A program made the translations under genes and the position numbers. 64,000 nucleotides of DNA, taken from the NCBI GenBank assembly GCA_963806225.1, contig CAWDXG010000004.1, forward strand, positions 2,080,001 to 2,144,000, read 5' to 3'. The DNA comes from an uncultured delta proteobacterium. Its GTDB lineage: Bacteria; Myxococcota_A; Polyangia; Polyangiales; Polyangiaceae. The notes beneath the pieces were generated by a model, which did no database searches, was not told the origin of the DNA, and saw only the letters and a program-made list of their open reading frames with translations. Within the stretch, counting starts at the first letter, position 1; each line of letters begins with the position of its first letter. Below, in pieces: positions 51,001 through 60,796 of the stretch.

Positions 51001-51627
51001 ATGGCATCCCGCTCCACATCCCTCGCCATTGCTTTCGCACTGTGTCTGTCGCTCGCCGCCCTCGCCGGTTGCGGCGGCAGCGTCACCGGCGGCGACCTCA
51101 TGGGCAGCGGTGGCTCTGCCGCGGGCGGCAGCGGCGGCTCGACCGGCGGCAGCGGCGGCTCGACCGGCGGCAGCGCGGGCCAGGGCGGCTCGGGCGGCGG
51201 ATATGCCTGCGGTCCGACGACCTGTCCCCACGGCGAGTACTGCTGCAACGCCGACTGCGGCATGTGCGCGCCGATCGGCGCGGCCTGCGCCCAGGTCGAC
51301 TGCGCGCCCGTCGACGCCGGTCCGCCGCCGATGCCGTGTGGCAACACGACCTGCGCGTCGGGCAGCATCTGCTGCAACGTGTGCGGCGCCGACGCCTGCG
51401 TGCAAGGCAACACGTGCCCCACCGGCGGCGCCTGCGCGGTCGACTGCAGCCCAGAGGACGCGCACAGCTACGGCAAGTGCAAGATGCTGTTCGGCTATCG
51501 CTGGAATGGCGTCGACTGCGAGCAGGTCGGCGGCTGCTCGTGCCAGGGGACGGACTGCGGTAACCTATTCAAGGATCTGCAGAGCTGCTACCAGGCGTAT
51601 GCGTCATGCCCGCAGTATTACAACTAG
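51001..51627 (+). CDS. Cys-rich lipoprotein with C-terminal Kunitz/BPTI-like domain
   Basis: SD GGAGG; LAGC lipobox; GGSGG linker; two CG.TTC.....CC modules; GKCKM..GYRWN...C...GGC...NLF.....C. Confidence 0.8.
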   Translation: MASRSTSLAIAFALCLSLAALAGCGGSVTGGDLMGSGGSAAGGSGGSTGGSGGSTGGSAGQGGSGGGYACGPTTCPHGEYCCNADCGMCAPIGAACAQVDCAPVDAGPPPMPCGNTTCASGSICCNVCGADACVQGNTCPTGGACAVDCSPEDAHSYGKCKMLFGYRWNGVDCEQVGGCSCQGTDCGNLFKDLQSCYQAYASCPQYYN

Positions 51628-52661
51628 ATGCCTTCCATCCGGAGAGTGCATGCCAAGCGCCAGCTAGCGCTCCGTCCACCGCTGCGCCGACGACGGTGGC
51701 GCCCTGCCTGCCTCGCGCCGGTGATGTGGCTCCGACGCTGTCGTGTGGGCGTTCGGGGCCCCGCCCCCGAACGCTTCCTCTGCCACAGCGCAGCTCCGCA
51801 CCAGATACCACAGCCCAAGCGCCTGCTAGCGCTCCGTCCACCGCTGCGCCGACGACGGTGGCGCCCTGCCTGCCTCGCGCCGGTGATGTGGCTCCGACGC
51901 TGTCGTGTGGGCGTTCGGGGCCCCGCCCCCGAACGCTTCCTCTGCCACAGCGCAGCTCCGCACCAGATACCACAGCCCAAGCGCCTGCTAGCGCTCCGTC
52001 CACCGCTGCGCCGACGACGGTGGCGCCCTGCCTGCCTCGCGCCGGTGATGTGGCTCCGACGCTGTCGTGTGGGCGTTCGGGGCCCCGCCCCCGAACGCTT
52101 CCTCTGCCACAGCGCAGCTCCGCACCAGATACCACAGCCCAAGCGCCTGCTAGCGCTCCGTCCACCGCTGCGCCGACGACGGTGGCGCCCTGCCTGCCTC
52201 GCGCCGGTGATGTGGCTCCGACGCTGTCGTGTGGGCGTTCGGGGCCCCGCCCCCGAACGCTTCCTCTGCCACAGCGCAGCTCCGCACCAGATACCACAGC
52301 CCAAGCGCCTGCTAGCGCTCCGTCCACCGCTGCGCGGGACTGCCAGGATTGCGGCACCTGCTGTTTCGCGAACACGCCGGGCTACATCCAGGTCTGGGCC
52401 GTGGACTACGAGCGGCTGGGCGAGGTCGCCGAGGAGGTCACGAACATCCTCGACGGCCGCCGCTATCTGCGTATGCAGGATGGACGTTGCGCCGCGCTCC
52501 GCATCGATCCCGCCACGCGACGCTTCGCATGCGGCATCTACGAGCGCCGTCCCGATGCCTGTCGCTGGCTCGAGCGCGGCTCGTCGCATTGCCACGCGCA
52601 GATCGCCCACAAGGCCGAGCGGCCGCTCGTCGCGATCGAGGCGCTCCTGCGGCGGCGCTAG
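51606..52661 (+). CDS. YkgJ-family (CxxCxxCC) Zn/Fe-chelating protein; real start uncertain because the frame runs through the repeat array
   Basis: Core 52338-52661: DCQDCGTCC...GRCAAL...CGIYERRPDACR; alternative in-frame GTG starts at 52182 and 52212. Confidence 0.75.
   Translation: MPAVLQLDAFHPESACQAPASAPSTAAPTTVAPCLPRAGDVAPTLSCGRSGPRPRTLPLPQRSSAPDTTAQAPASAPSTAAPTTVAPCLPRAGDVAPTLSCGRSGPRPRTLPLPQRSSAPDTTAQAPASAPSTAAPTTVAPCLPRAGDVAPTLSCGRSGPRPRTLPLPQRSSAPDTTAQAPASAPSTAAPTTVAPCLPRAGDVAPTLSCGRSGPRPRTLPLPQRSSAPDTTAQAPASAPSTAARDCQDCGTCCFANTPGYIQVWAVDYERLGEVAEEVTNILDGRRYLRMQDGRCAALRIDPATRRFACGIYERRPDACRWLERGSSHCHAQIAHKAERPLVAIEALLRRR
51653..52335. repeat. 162-bp tandem repeat, about 4.2 copies, each with a GC-rich hairpin
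   Basis: Units start at 51653, 51815, 51977, 52139 and 52301 (partial); identical except one base at 51662. Confidence 0.97.
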
Positions 52662-53422
52662 CTCTCCGCCCCGAGCACCGAAAGCAGCGACTCCACCACG
52701 CCGTCCACGGCGGAGAGCGACGTATCCACGACGTGCTCCGCCTGCGCGTACAGCGGCGAGCGCTGGCGCAAGAGCGCGCGGAGCTCCGCCATCGCGTCGC
52801 CGCGATTCTTCATGGGGCGCTCGTCGCCCTGCGCGAGCACCCGCTCCATGTGATCCTCGGGGCGCGCCTTGAGCCACACCGTGGTCGCGCTCCTGCGCAG
52901 CAGCTCGTACGTCTCCGGGTCGCTCACGATGCTGCCCCCCGTCGCGACCACCGCGTCGTGCCCGTCAGCGAGCAGCCGCTTGAGCGTGTCGCGCTCGAGC
53001 CGGCGGTAGAAGGCCTCGCCCTGCAGCTCGAACACCTCGCCCAGGCTCATGCCCGCCGCGCGCTCCACCAGCTGGTCGAGCTCGACGAAGTCGACGCCGA
53101 GCCGGCGCGCCAGCTCCGGCCCGATCGTGCTCTTGCCGGCGCCGCGCAATCCGAGCAGCGCGACCACGCCGGGACGACGCGGCGACTCCGCGTCCTTCAG
53201 GAGCTCCGCCGCGGACGTGCCCAGCGCGGCTGCCACGTCGCAGAGCCGCGCCACCGAGATGTTCCCCTGCCCCGCTTCGAGCTGGACGAGGAAGCGCTCG
53301 CTCACACGGGCGCGGTCGCTGAGCGCATGCAGCGTCAGCTCGCGCTCGACGCGCCGCGCGCGCACCGCGCGCCCCAGCGCTGAAAGCGCGGGATGGCGTG
53401 GCTCGGCGACCCTGGTTGTCAT
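52658..53422 (-). CDS. boxR: BoxR/BzdR-type regulator (XRE HTH plus shikimate-kinase-like domain)
   Basis: VSERFLVQLEAGQGNIS HTH; ALLGLRGAGKSTIG, ATGGSIV, ARPEDHMERVLAQGDERPM; divergent from boxCB. Confidence 0.92.
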   Translation of the reverse strand: MTTRVAEPRHPALSALGRAVRARRVERELTLHALSDRARVSERFLVQLEAGQGNISVARLCDVAAALGTSAAELLKDAESPRRPGVVALLGLRGAGKSTIGPELARRLGVDFVELDQLVERAAGMSLGEVFELQGEAFYRRLERDTLKRLLADGHDAVVATGGSIVSDPETYELLRRSATTVWLKARPEDHMERVLAQGDERPMKNRGDAMAELRALLRQRSPLYAQAEHVVDTSLSAVDGVVESLLSVLGAES

Positions 53423-53424
53423 CG

Positions 53425-53478
53425 ATCAAGCACTATATTGCAGAGCCAATCACAGTCAACTGCAACATAGTGCTTGAT
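53425..53478. promoter_or_regulatory. BoxR operator: 19-bp inverted repeat, each arm containing a TGCA-N6-TGCT box
   Basis: ATCAAGCACTATATTGCAG (53425-53443) / CTGCAACATAGTGCTTGAT (53460-53478), 1 mismatch, 16-bp spacer. Confidence 0.85.
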
Positions 53479-53509
53479 ATGGGTCACGTCCGGAGCTAGG
53501 GTCCCCGCC

Positions 53510-55150
53510 ATGGATCCCATCCGTTTCGAGACCGATCCCTCCCGCTACAGGCACTGGAAGCTCGATTTCGACGGCCCCGTCGCCCGCCTCGCGATGGACG
53601 TGCCCGAGAACGGCGGCCTGCGCGCCGACTACGTGCTCAAGCTCAACAGCTACGACCTCAGCGTGGACATCGAGCTGGCCGACGCCATCCAGCGCATCCG
53701 CTTCGAGCACCCCGAGACCAAGGCGCTGGTCGTCACCAGCGGCAACGACAAGGTGTTCTGCTCCGGCGCGAATATCTACATGCTCGGCACCTCGACGCAC
53801 TCGTTCAAGGTCAACTTCTGCAAGTTCACCAACGAGACGCGGCTGTACCTGGAAGACATGAGCCAGGAGACGGGCGTGCCGACGATCGCCGCGCTCAACG
53901 GCACCGCCTCCGGCGGCGGCTACGAGCTGGCCATGGCCTGCGATCACATCGTGCTCTCGGACGACGGCAACTCCGCGGTCAGCCTGCCGGAGGTGCCGCT
54001 TCTGGCCGTGCTGCCGGGCACCGGCGGTCTCACGCGCCTGGTCGACAAGCGCAAGGTGCGGCGTGACCTCGCCGACGCCTTCTCCACCGTCGCCGAGGGC
54101 GTGCGCGGCAAGCGCGCCGTCGAGTGGGGCCTGATCGACGAGACGGTTCCGCGGAGCCGCTTTGCGGACGGCATCAAGGCCGCCGCCGACAAGCTCGCCG
54201 CCGAGCGCGGCACGGACCGCAGCGGCCCCGGCGTGAAGCTCCCGCCACTCGAGCCGAAGCGCGACGGCAACACGACCACGTACAAGTACATCACGCTGGA
54301 CATCAATCCGGAAAAGCGCGTCGCTACGCTTACGATGCGCGCTCCCGCCGAGGCGCAGCCGACGTCGGCCGACGCCATGCGCAAGGCCGGCGCGGAGCTC
54401 TGGGCCCTGCGCGCCTTCCGCGAGCTGGACGACGCGCTGCTCGACCTGCGCTTCAACCAGCTGGAAATCGGCCTCCTCGTGCTCAAGACCGAGGGCGACG
54501 CGCAGAAGGTGCTCGCCGCCGACCGCGCCCTGATCGAGGCGGCGAAGAGCGACTGGTTCGCCAAGGAAGTCGTGCTGGAGATGAAGCGCGTGCTCAAGCG
54601 CCTCGACCTGTCCGCGCGCACTATCTTCGCCATCATCGAGCCCGGCTCCTGCTTCGCGGGCTCGCTCTTCGAGCTGGCCATCGCCGCGGACCGCTCCTGG
54701 ATGCTGGACATCGAGGAAGACGGCCCCGTCATCGCGCTCTCGCCGATGAATTTCGGCCCGCTGCCGATGTCCAACGGCCTGACGCGCCTCGGGACGCGCT
54801 TCCTGGCCAAGCCGGAGCACGCAGACGAGCTCAAGGGTCGCGAGGGCATGCTCTCCACCGAGCAGGCGCTCGACGAGGGCCTGGTCACCTTCGCTCCTGA
54901 CGACATCGATTGGGACGACGAGGTCCGCATCGCCATCGAGGAGCGCGCGGCCTTCTCGCCCGACGCGCTCACCGGCATGGAGGCGAGCCTGCGCTTCGCC
55001 GGTCCCGAGACGATGGAGACGAAGATCTTCGGACGGCTCTCCGCCTGGCAGAACTGGATTTTCCAGCGCCCGAATGCCGTCGGCAAGCGCGGCGCGCTCA
55101 CCATGTACGGAAGCCCGGAACGCCCCGTGTTCGACTACAAGCGCACCTGA
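53510..55150 (+). CDS. boxC: 2,3-epoxybenzoyl-CoA dihydrolase
   Basis: YRHWKL, LKLNSYDLSVDIELADA, FCSGANI, KVNFCKFTNETR, LPEVPLL, ETKIFGRLSAWQNWIF. Confidence 0.96.
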   Translation: MDPIRFETDPSRYRHWKLDFDGPVARLAMDVPENGGLRADYVLKLNSYDLSVDIELADAIQRIRFEHPETKALVVTSGNDKVFCSGANIYMLGTSTHSFKVNFCKFTNETRLYLEDMSQETGVPTIAALNGTASGGGYELAMACDHIVLSDDGNSAVSLPEVPLLAVLPGTGGLTRLVDKRKVRRDLADAFSTVAEGVRGKRAVEWGLIDETVPRSRFADGIKAAADKLAAERGTDRSGPGVKLPPLEPKRDGNTTTYKYITLDINPEKRVATLTMRAPAEAQPTSADAMRKAGAELWALRAFRELDDALLDLRFNQLEIGLLVLKTEGDAQKVLAADRALIEAAKSDWFAKEVVLEMKRVLKRLDLSARTIFAIIEPGSCFAGSLFELAIAADRSWMLDIEEDGPVIALSPMNFGPLPMSNGLTRLGTRFLAKPEHADELKGREGMLSTEQALDEGLVTFAPDDIDWDDEVRIAIEERAAFSPDALTGMEASLRFAGPETMETKIFGRLSAWQNWIFQRPNAVGKRGALTMYGSPERPVFDYKRT

Positions 55151-55164
55151 TTCGAGGAACAGAC

Positions 55165-56583
<1,419 letters not shown>

Positions 56584-56592
56584 AGCGAGCGC

Positions 56593-57447
56593 TCACGGCG
56601 CGAGGCGCAAGAGCGCGTTGTCGTACAGCACCGTGAGCGGGCCCGCGTTCTGCGGCTTGTTCACGTTGAGCCGGAGCTCGACGTAGGTCGCTGACGCGGG
56701 CGCCGTGAACGTCTCGGACACCAGGGACCATGCGTCCGTCGCGCTGCCGAAAGCCGAGTTGGCCGCCGAGTCCGGAACGCCCGAACAGGTCGCGTTCTTG
56801 AAGAACAACGCGCTCAGCCCGGCGGAGCCCGTGGTCGCCTGCCCCGTCGCGATGAAGTACTGCGCATAGGCGGCGTACTTCGCCCCGCCCGTGATCGGCA
56901 GACACTGCACGCTCCCGCTTTCGCCCATGCCGGCGCTAGCGTCCGTCATGAACGTGTTCGTGACGGAAAGGGACCCGGACGAACTGTGTCCGTAGGCGTC
57001 CTGGGTGCTGAAGGCCTGCACTACCGTGCTCTGCTGCGGCTTCCACGCCGAGTCATCCGCGGCAAACTGCGGATTTTCCAGCAGCGTCTCCTCGCAATCG
57101 GGGATCGCGTTGGTGTCGATATCGACGCTTGAGTCGAGGCCGACGCACGGGCCGCTCGCGTCCGTGCCGGCGTCACTCCCCCCGCTCGCGTCCGTGCCGG
57201 CGTCACTCCCCCCGCTCGCTCCCGCGCCGCCGGCAATGCCGCCTGCTCCCGCGCCGGCGTCGATCCCCCCACCTCCTGCCGTTCCCGCGCTGCCCCCGGC
57301 GCCGCCCGACGCTGCAGAACCGCCGCTTCCGCCAACGGCACTACCGCCGCTGCCCCCTGAAGCGCCACCGCCGTTTCCCCCCGAGGAGCACGCGCCGACC
57401 GCCACCGTCATCACAAGAGCCAGAGCCCACGAGCCGCTGCACTTCAC
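56593..57447 (-). CDS. Lipoprotein with Gly/Ser linker and carbohydrate-binding-like beta-sandwich domain
   Basis: VGAC lipobox; 30-bp tandem duplication (ASGGSDAGTD x2, about 57152-57219); LLENPQF...W...YDNALL CBM4/9-like pattern. Confidence 0.75.
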   Translation of the reverse strand: MKCSGSWALALVMTVAVGACSSGGNGGGASGGSGGSAVGGSGGSAASGGAGGSAGTAGGGGIDAGAGAGGIAGGAGASGGSDAGTDASGGSDAGTDASGPCVGLDSSVDIDTNAIPDCEETLLENPQFAADDSAWKPQQSTVVQAFSTQDAYGHSSSGSLSVTNTFMTDASAGMGESGSVQCLPITGGAKYAAYAQYFIATGQATTGSAGLSALFFKNATCSGVPDSAANSAFGSATDAWSLVSETFTAPASATYVELRLNVNKPQNAGPLTVLYDNALLRLAP

Positions 57448-57502
57448 CGTTGCTCCCTCCGATCAAGCCGCAGGCTAGCTGCTTCTCCCTCCCGGGCATA
57501 TC

Positions 57503-57538
57503 GTAGCAAACTGCCACACTTGTGTGACATTTTGCTAC
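57503..57538. promoter_or_regulatory. 36-bp imperfect palindrome between divergent genes
   Basis: GTAGCAAACTGCCACACT/TGTGTGACATTTTGCTAC, 15 of 18 positions complementary, relatively AT-rich. Confidence 0.6.
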
Positions 57539-57601
57539 ATTCCCGGGTTCTTGCAGCTTGCGAAGCAGCGCGCGCATCCCTACATCACGCGGAGGCGACC
57601 G

Positions 57602-58039
57602 ATGTCCACCCCGTCGAGCCCAGCGCTACCCCGCCATCCACTCGTGCTGCTCGGGCGCCATCAGGTGGCTGCAGTCGTCGCCACAGCGCTCGACTTCGCG
57701 GTGATGATCAGCGCGGTGAGCCTCGCAGGGCTGTCGCCGGTCGTGGGCACCGTGCTCGGGGCGGGCAGCGGCGCCGTCACCAACTTCCTGCTCGGCCGCA
57801 ACTGGGCGTTCGAAGCGCGCCACTCGCCACCGGCCGGGCAGGCTGTGCGCTACGTCTTCGTCTCCGCGACAAGCCTGGGACTCAATGCTTCCGGCGAGTG
57901 GCTGCTCACGGCCGTGCTCGGGATGCAGTACGTCATGGCGCGCGTCATCGTCGCCGCTGCGGTGAGCCTGCTCTGGAACTTCCCGTTGCAGCGCTACTTC
58001 GTGTTCGCGCCCCGGCGCGGCGTTCCGCGCGACGCCTAG
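57602..58039 (+). CDS. GtrA-family membrane protein
   Basis: VATALDF, NFLLGRNWAF, QAVRY, WNFPLQRYFVF; SD GGAGG. Confidence 0.88.
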   Translation: MSTPSSPALPRHPLVLLGRHQVAAVVATALDFAVMISAVSLAGLSPVVGTVLGAGSGAVTNFLLGRNWAFEARHSPPAGQAVRYVFVSATSLGLNASGEWLLTAVLGMQYVMARVIVAAAVSLLWNFPLQRYFVFAPRRGVPRDA

Positions 58040-59226
58040 CGCCCGCCGCGGAGCACGGAGCGGTACACCTCGAGCGTTTCGTCCGCCATCCGGTCGAGAC
58101 TGAAAGAGCGGCAGCGCAGCGCACCGCGTTCGCGCAAGCGCCGCCGCTCGGGCTCGCTCTCCCCGAGCGCAACGATGGCGTCGGCGATATCGTCGGGCTC
58201 TTCGGGGTCGACCATGAGCGCCGCGTCGCCGGCCAGCTCCGCCATACTGGATCGATTGCTCGTGATCACGGGGCAGCCCGAAGCCATGGCCTCGACCACC
58301 GGATAGCCGAACCCCTCCGACCGCGACACGAAGAGCTGGGCCACGGCACCGCGGTTGAGCGCGCCCAGATCCTCGTCGCTGACGTAGCCGAGCATGTGCA
58401 CATCACGGGTCACTCCGTGCCGGACCGCGAGCTCCGCAACGGCCTGGCCGTTTTCCTGGTTGAGCCGGCCGGCCCAGGCCAGACACAGATCGAGCCCCGG
58501 CGCGCGGCGGCGCGCGTGCGAAAGCGCCGCAAACATGCCGTCGGGGTTCTTTCGCCAGTCCCCCGCACCGACGTAGAGTAGGTAGTTCCGCCCTTCGAGA
58601 CCGTGGCGCGCGCGGGCTTCGCCGTCGCCCGGCGCGACCTCCGGCGAGAACCGCGACAGATCCACGCCGTTGTACACGACGCTGATCTTCCTCGCGGGAA
58701 TGCCGAGCTGGGTAACGAGATCGTTGGCGGTCGTCTCGCTCACCGCGATGATGTGATCGGGCCTTCCGAAACGCCGCACATCGAGCCGCTCGCGGCCGCG
58801 GCGGAAGCCCTCCTTGTAGCTCGCGTAGCGATCGGCGAACTTCAGGACGATGAGATCGTGCGCCGTCGTCACGCGCGGGCACGGCAGCCGCCCGAGCGGC
58901 GTGGCTTCGGGGTGCCCGGTGTGCAGGAGATCGGGGCGGGCGCGGCGCGTGACGCGCGGCAGGGCGATGCGCACGTGATACGCCCAGTGGACGTGGGCGT
59001 TCTCCTCCGGGCTGGACAGCAGCCGCTCGACGGCCGCTGGAACGTCATCGGCAATTTCACCGGGTCCGAGGAACGATAGACGCTCGACGCCCCTGAGCGT
59101 CAGCCCTCGCGGGTCGGATTCGAGCCGCCGTGACATCGCGAGCGCAAGATCCGCCACGTAGCGCCCGATGCCGCGCGCGCGCGAGCCGGTGGCCAGCACG
59201 GTCAGATCCAGCAGCGCGGTCGGCAC
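58036..59226 (-). CDS. GT4-family glycosyltransferase
   Basis: RGIGRY, TAHDLI, AVSETT, VVYNGVD, RKN, SRSEGFGYPVVEAMASG. Confidence 0.93.
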   Translation of the reverse strand: MPTALLDLTVLATGSRARGIGRYVADLALAMSRRLESDPRGLTLRGVERLSFLGPGEIADDVPAAVERLLSSPEENAHVHWAYHVRIALPRVTRRARPDLLHTGHPEATPLGRLPCPRVTTAHDLIVLKFADRYASYKEGFRRGRERLDVRRFGRPDHIIAVSETTANDLVTQLGIPARKISVVYNGVDLSRFSPEVAPGDGEARARHGLEGRNYLLYVGAGDWRKNPDGMFAALSHARRRAPGLDLCLAWAGRLNQENGQAVAELAVRHGVTRDVHMLGYVSDEDLGALNRGAVAQLFVSRSEGFGYPVVEAMASGCPVITSNRSSMAELAGDAALMVDPEEPDDIADAIVALGESEPERRRLRERGALRCRSFSLDRMADETLEVYRSVLRGGR

Positions 59227-59229
59227 GCC

Positions 59230-59928
59230 TCACTGCTCCGGGCCGATAATGGTGACTTCGACGCGCGAGCGCGCGTTCTGGTAGTAGGAGGCGAGAGCAG
59301 CGGAGAGGCGGCGACTCACGTACCAGCGGCGGAGCGCTGCTTCGATCTGATCGAAGGGCTTGTCCTGGAACGGCGTCCGCACGGTGCGGTGGATGTTGCG
59401 GAGCTCGGCTTCACTCGGCTTCAGCATCGGCGCGACCATGCGATCGAGGTAGATGCTCGCGCGCGCACGGCGCCGGAGGATGCTCAAGAGCTCGCGATTC
59501 TCGATGCCCTCCGCGCGGGCCGCGACCTGCAGGGCCTGTACGCCACCGATCCGCTCGAGCAGCATCAGTCGCGCCGCACGCGTCTGCCGCGTCAGCTCGG
59601 CATCGGTGGGCTCCGGATCGATGTGGGACGCGGCGAGCAGCGTCTCGGTGATGTGCCGCTCGAGCGCAGCCCGTACGTGGCGGTCGCGGTACGGGCGCGG
59701 GTCGCCCGGAATGCGATCAGGATCGGCCAGCGCTTCGAGCCGGGCCTCGAACGCGAGCACGCGCTGCGAGATGAATCGCGGCGAGCGCACGCCGCCTGTT
59801 TCGGGCGCGATGAACCGCACCACGACGCGATCGACGACCACCGGCTCGGCGCGCGCGGTCCGGGCGAGACCCCAGAGCGAGAGCCCCAGGGCGACCGCGA
59901 ACACCGGGGCCAGGCTGCGCCGACTCAA
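59230..59928 (-). CDS. Exported hypothetical protein (SurA N-terminal-like)
   Basis: Signal peptide ending ARA, VVVDRVVV, helical body; overlaps the upstream gene by 4 bp. Confidence 0.65.
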   Translation of the reverse strand: MSRRSLAPVFAVALGLSLWGLARTARAEPVVVDRVVVRFIAPETGGVRSPRFISQRVLAFEARLEALADPDRIPGDPRPYRDRHVRAALERHITETLLAASHIDPEPTDAELTRQTRAARLMLLERIGGVQALQVAARAEGIENRELLSILRRRARASIYLDRMVAPMLKPSEAELRNIHRTVRTPFQDKPFDQIEAALRRWYVSRRLSAALASYYQNARSRVEVTIIGPEQ

Positions 59929-60749
59929 CGCGAAGAGGCCGTCCGCTTGCGGGAAGAGGGCGTGGGCTCTTCCTCTTCTCCGGATTTCCCGGCCTTCTCG
60001 GGCTTGACGGAGCCTTCCGTCGGCAGCTCGCGCGACTCGCGATCACCGCTCGCTTCGCCGCTGCCCGCATCGTGGCGATGGGAGTAGCTGCGCGCGGCGC
60101 GACGCGCCTTCACGAACTCGGCAAACGCCGTGACCTTCTCCAGATCGCGTGCACCCAGGGTCTCGGCAAGCTCGGCGAGCTGCTTGCGCAGGGTCTCGGC
60201 GCTGCGACCGCGTCGGCCGGCGAGCGCTTCCTGCGAGATGGGTTGAGATGCCTCCGGACTGCTCGGCGGCGCCTCCGTAGGCCACACCGGGCGGGCCACC
60301 GGCACCAGCGCGTGCGCGTCCAGCCAGGCCTCCATGAAGACGCGCAGCCGCTCGCTGCGGAACGCGAACCAGCGCTCGCGCTCGGGACCGTAGGACATCA
60401 GCACGTCCTTGAAACGGCGGAAGGCTCCCTTGCCGTCGATCGCGTTGGTGAGCCGGCGCTGCAGCTCCTCGTCGTCGACCATGGGGATGAAGCGCTCCAT
60501 CCAACGGTACTGCTCCCGCGAGCTGACCGGATCGATGCGCATGTAGTTGGGGTCCGAAGCAATGCGCGCGTGCATCTCCGGGTCGGCGATGCCGTCGACC
60601 ACGCGCAAGACCTCCCCCGTGCCGAGGTGCAGGTAGCTGTGCACCTCGGGTGCGTTGTTCTCGAAGGCGTCCTCCAGCGCTTCCCAGTCGACGGGCACTT
60701 CGCGCATCGCCTGATTGCCTCCGGAACCGCCGTTGTCCGCGTCAGCCAT
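59925..60749 (-). CDS. UPF0158 family protein
   Basis: VDWEALEDAFE, YLHLGTGEV, YRWMERFI, AIDGKGAFRRFKDVL, ERWFAFR. Confidence 0.88.
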   Translation of the reverse strand: MADADNGGSGGNQAMREVPVDWEALEDAFENNAPEVHSYLHLGTGEVLRVVDGIADPEMHARIASDPNYMRIDPVSSREQYRWMERFIPMVDDEELQRRLTNAIDGKGAFRRFKDVLMSYGPERERWFAFRSERLRVFMEAWLDAHALVPVARPVWPTEAPPSSPEASQPISQEALAGRRGRSAETLRKQLAELAETLGARDLEKVTAFAEFVKARRAARSYSHRHDAGSGEASGDRESRELPTEGSVKPEKAGKSGEEEEPTPSSRKRTASSR

Positions 60750-60796
60750 CGTTCCTGGTACCTCTAGTAGAAGGGTTGGTCCGCCGGGGCCTGGTG

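Noticed and set aside
51653..52335. CRISPR array
   Set aside because: The units are identical over the full 162 bp with no unique spacers, and there are no cas genes
52338..52661. YkgJ protein as a substitute BoxA reductase
   Set aside because: It is convergent with boxR rather than in the boxCB unit and has no flavin/NADPH-binding domain; there is no evidence beyond proximity
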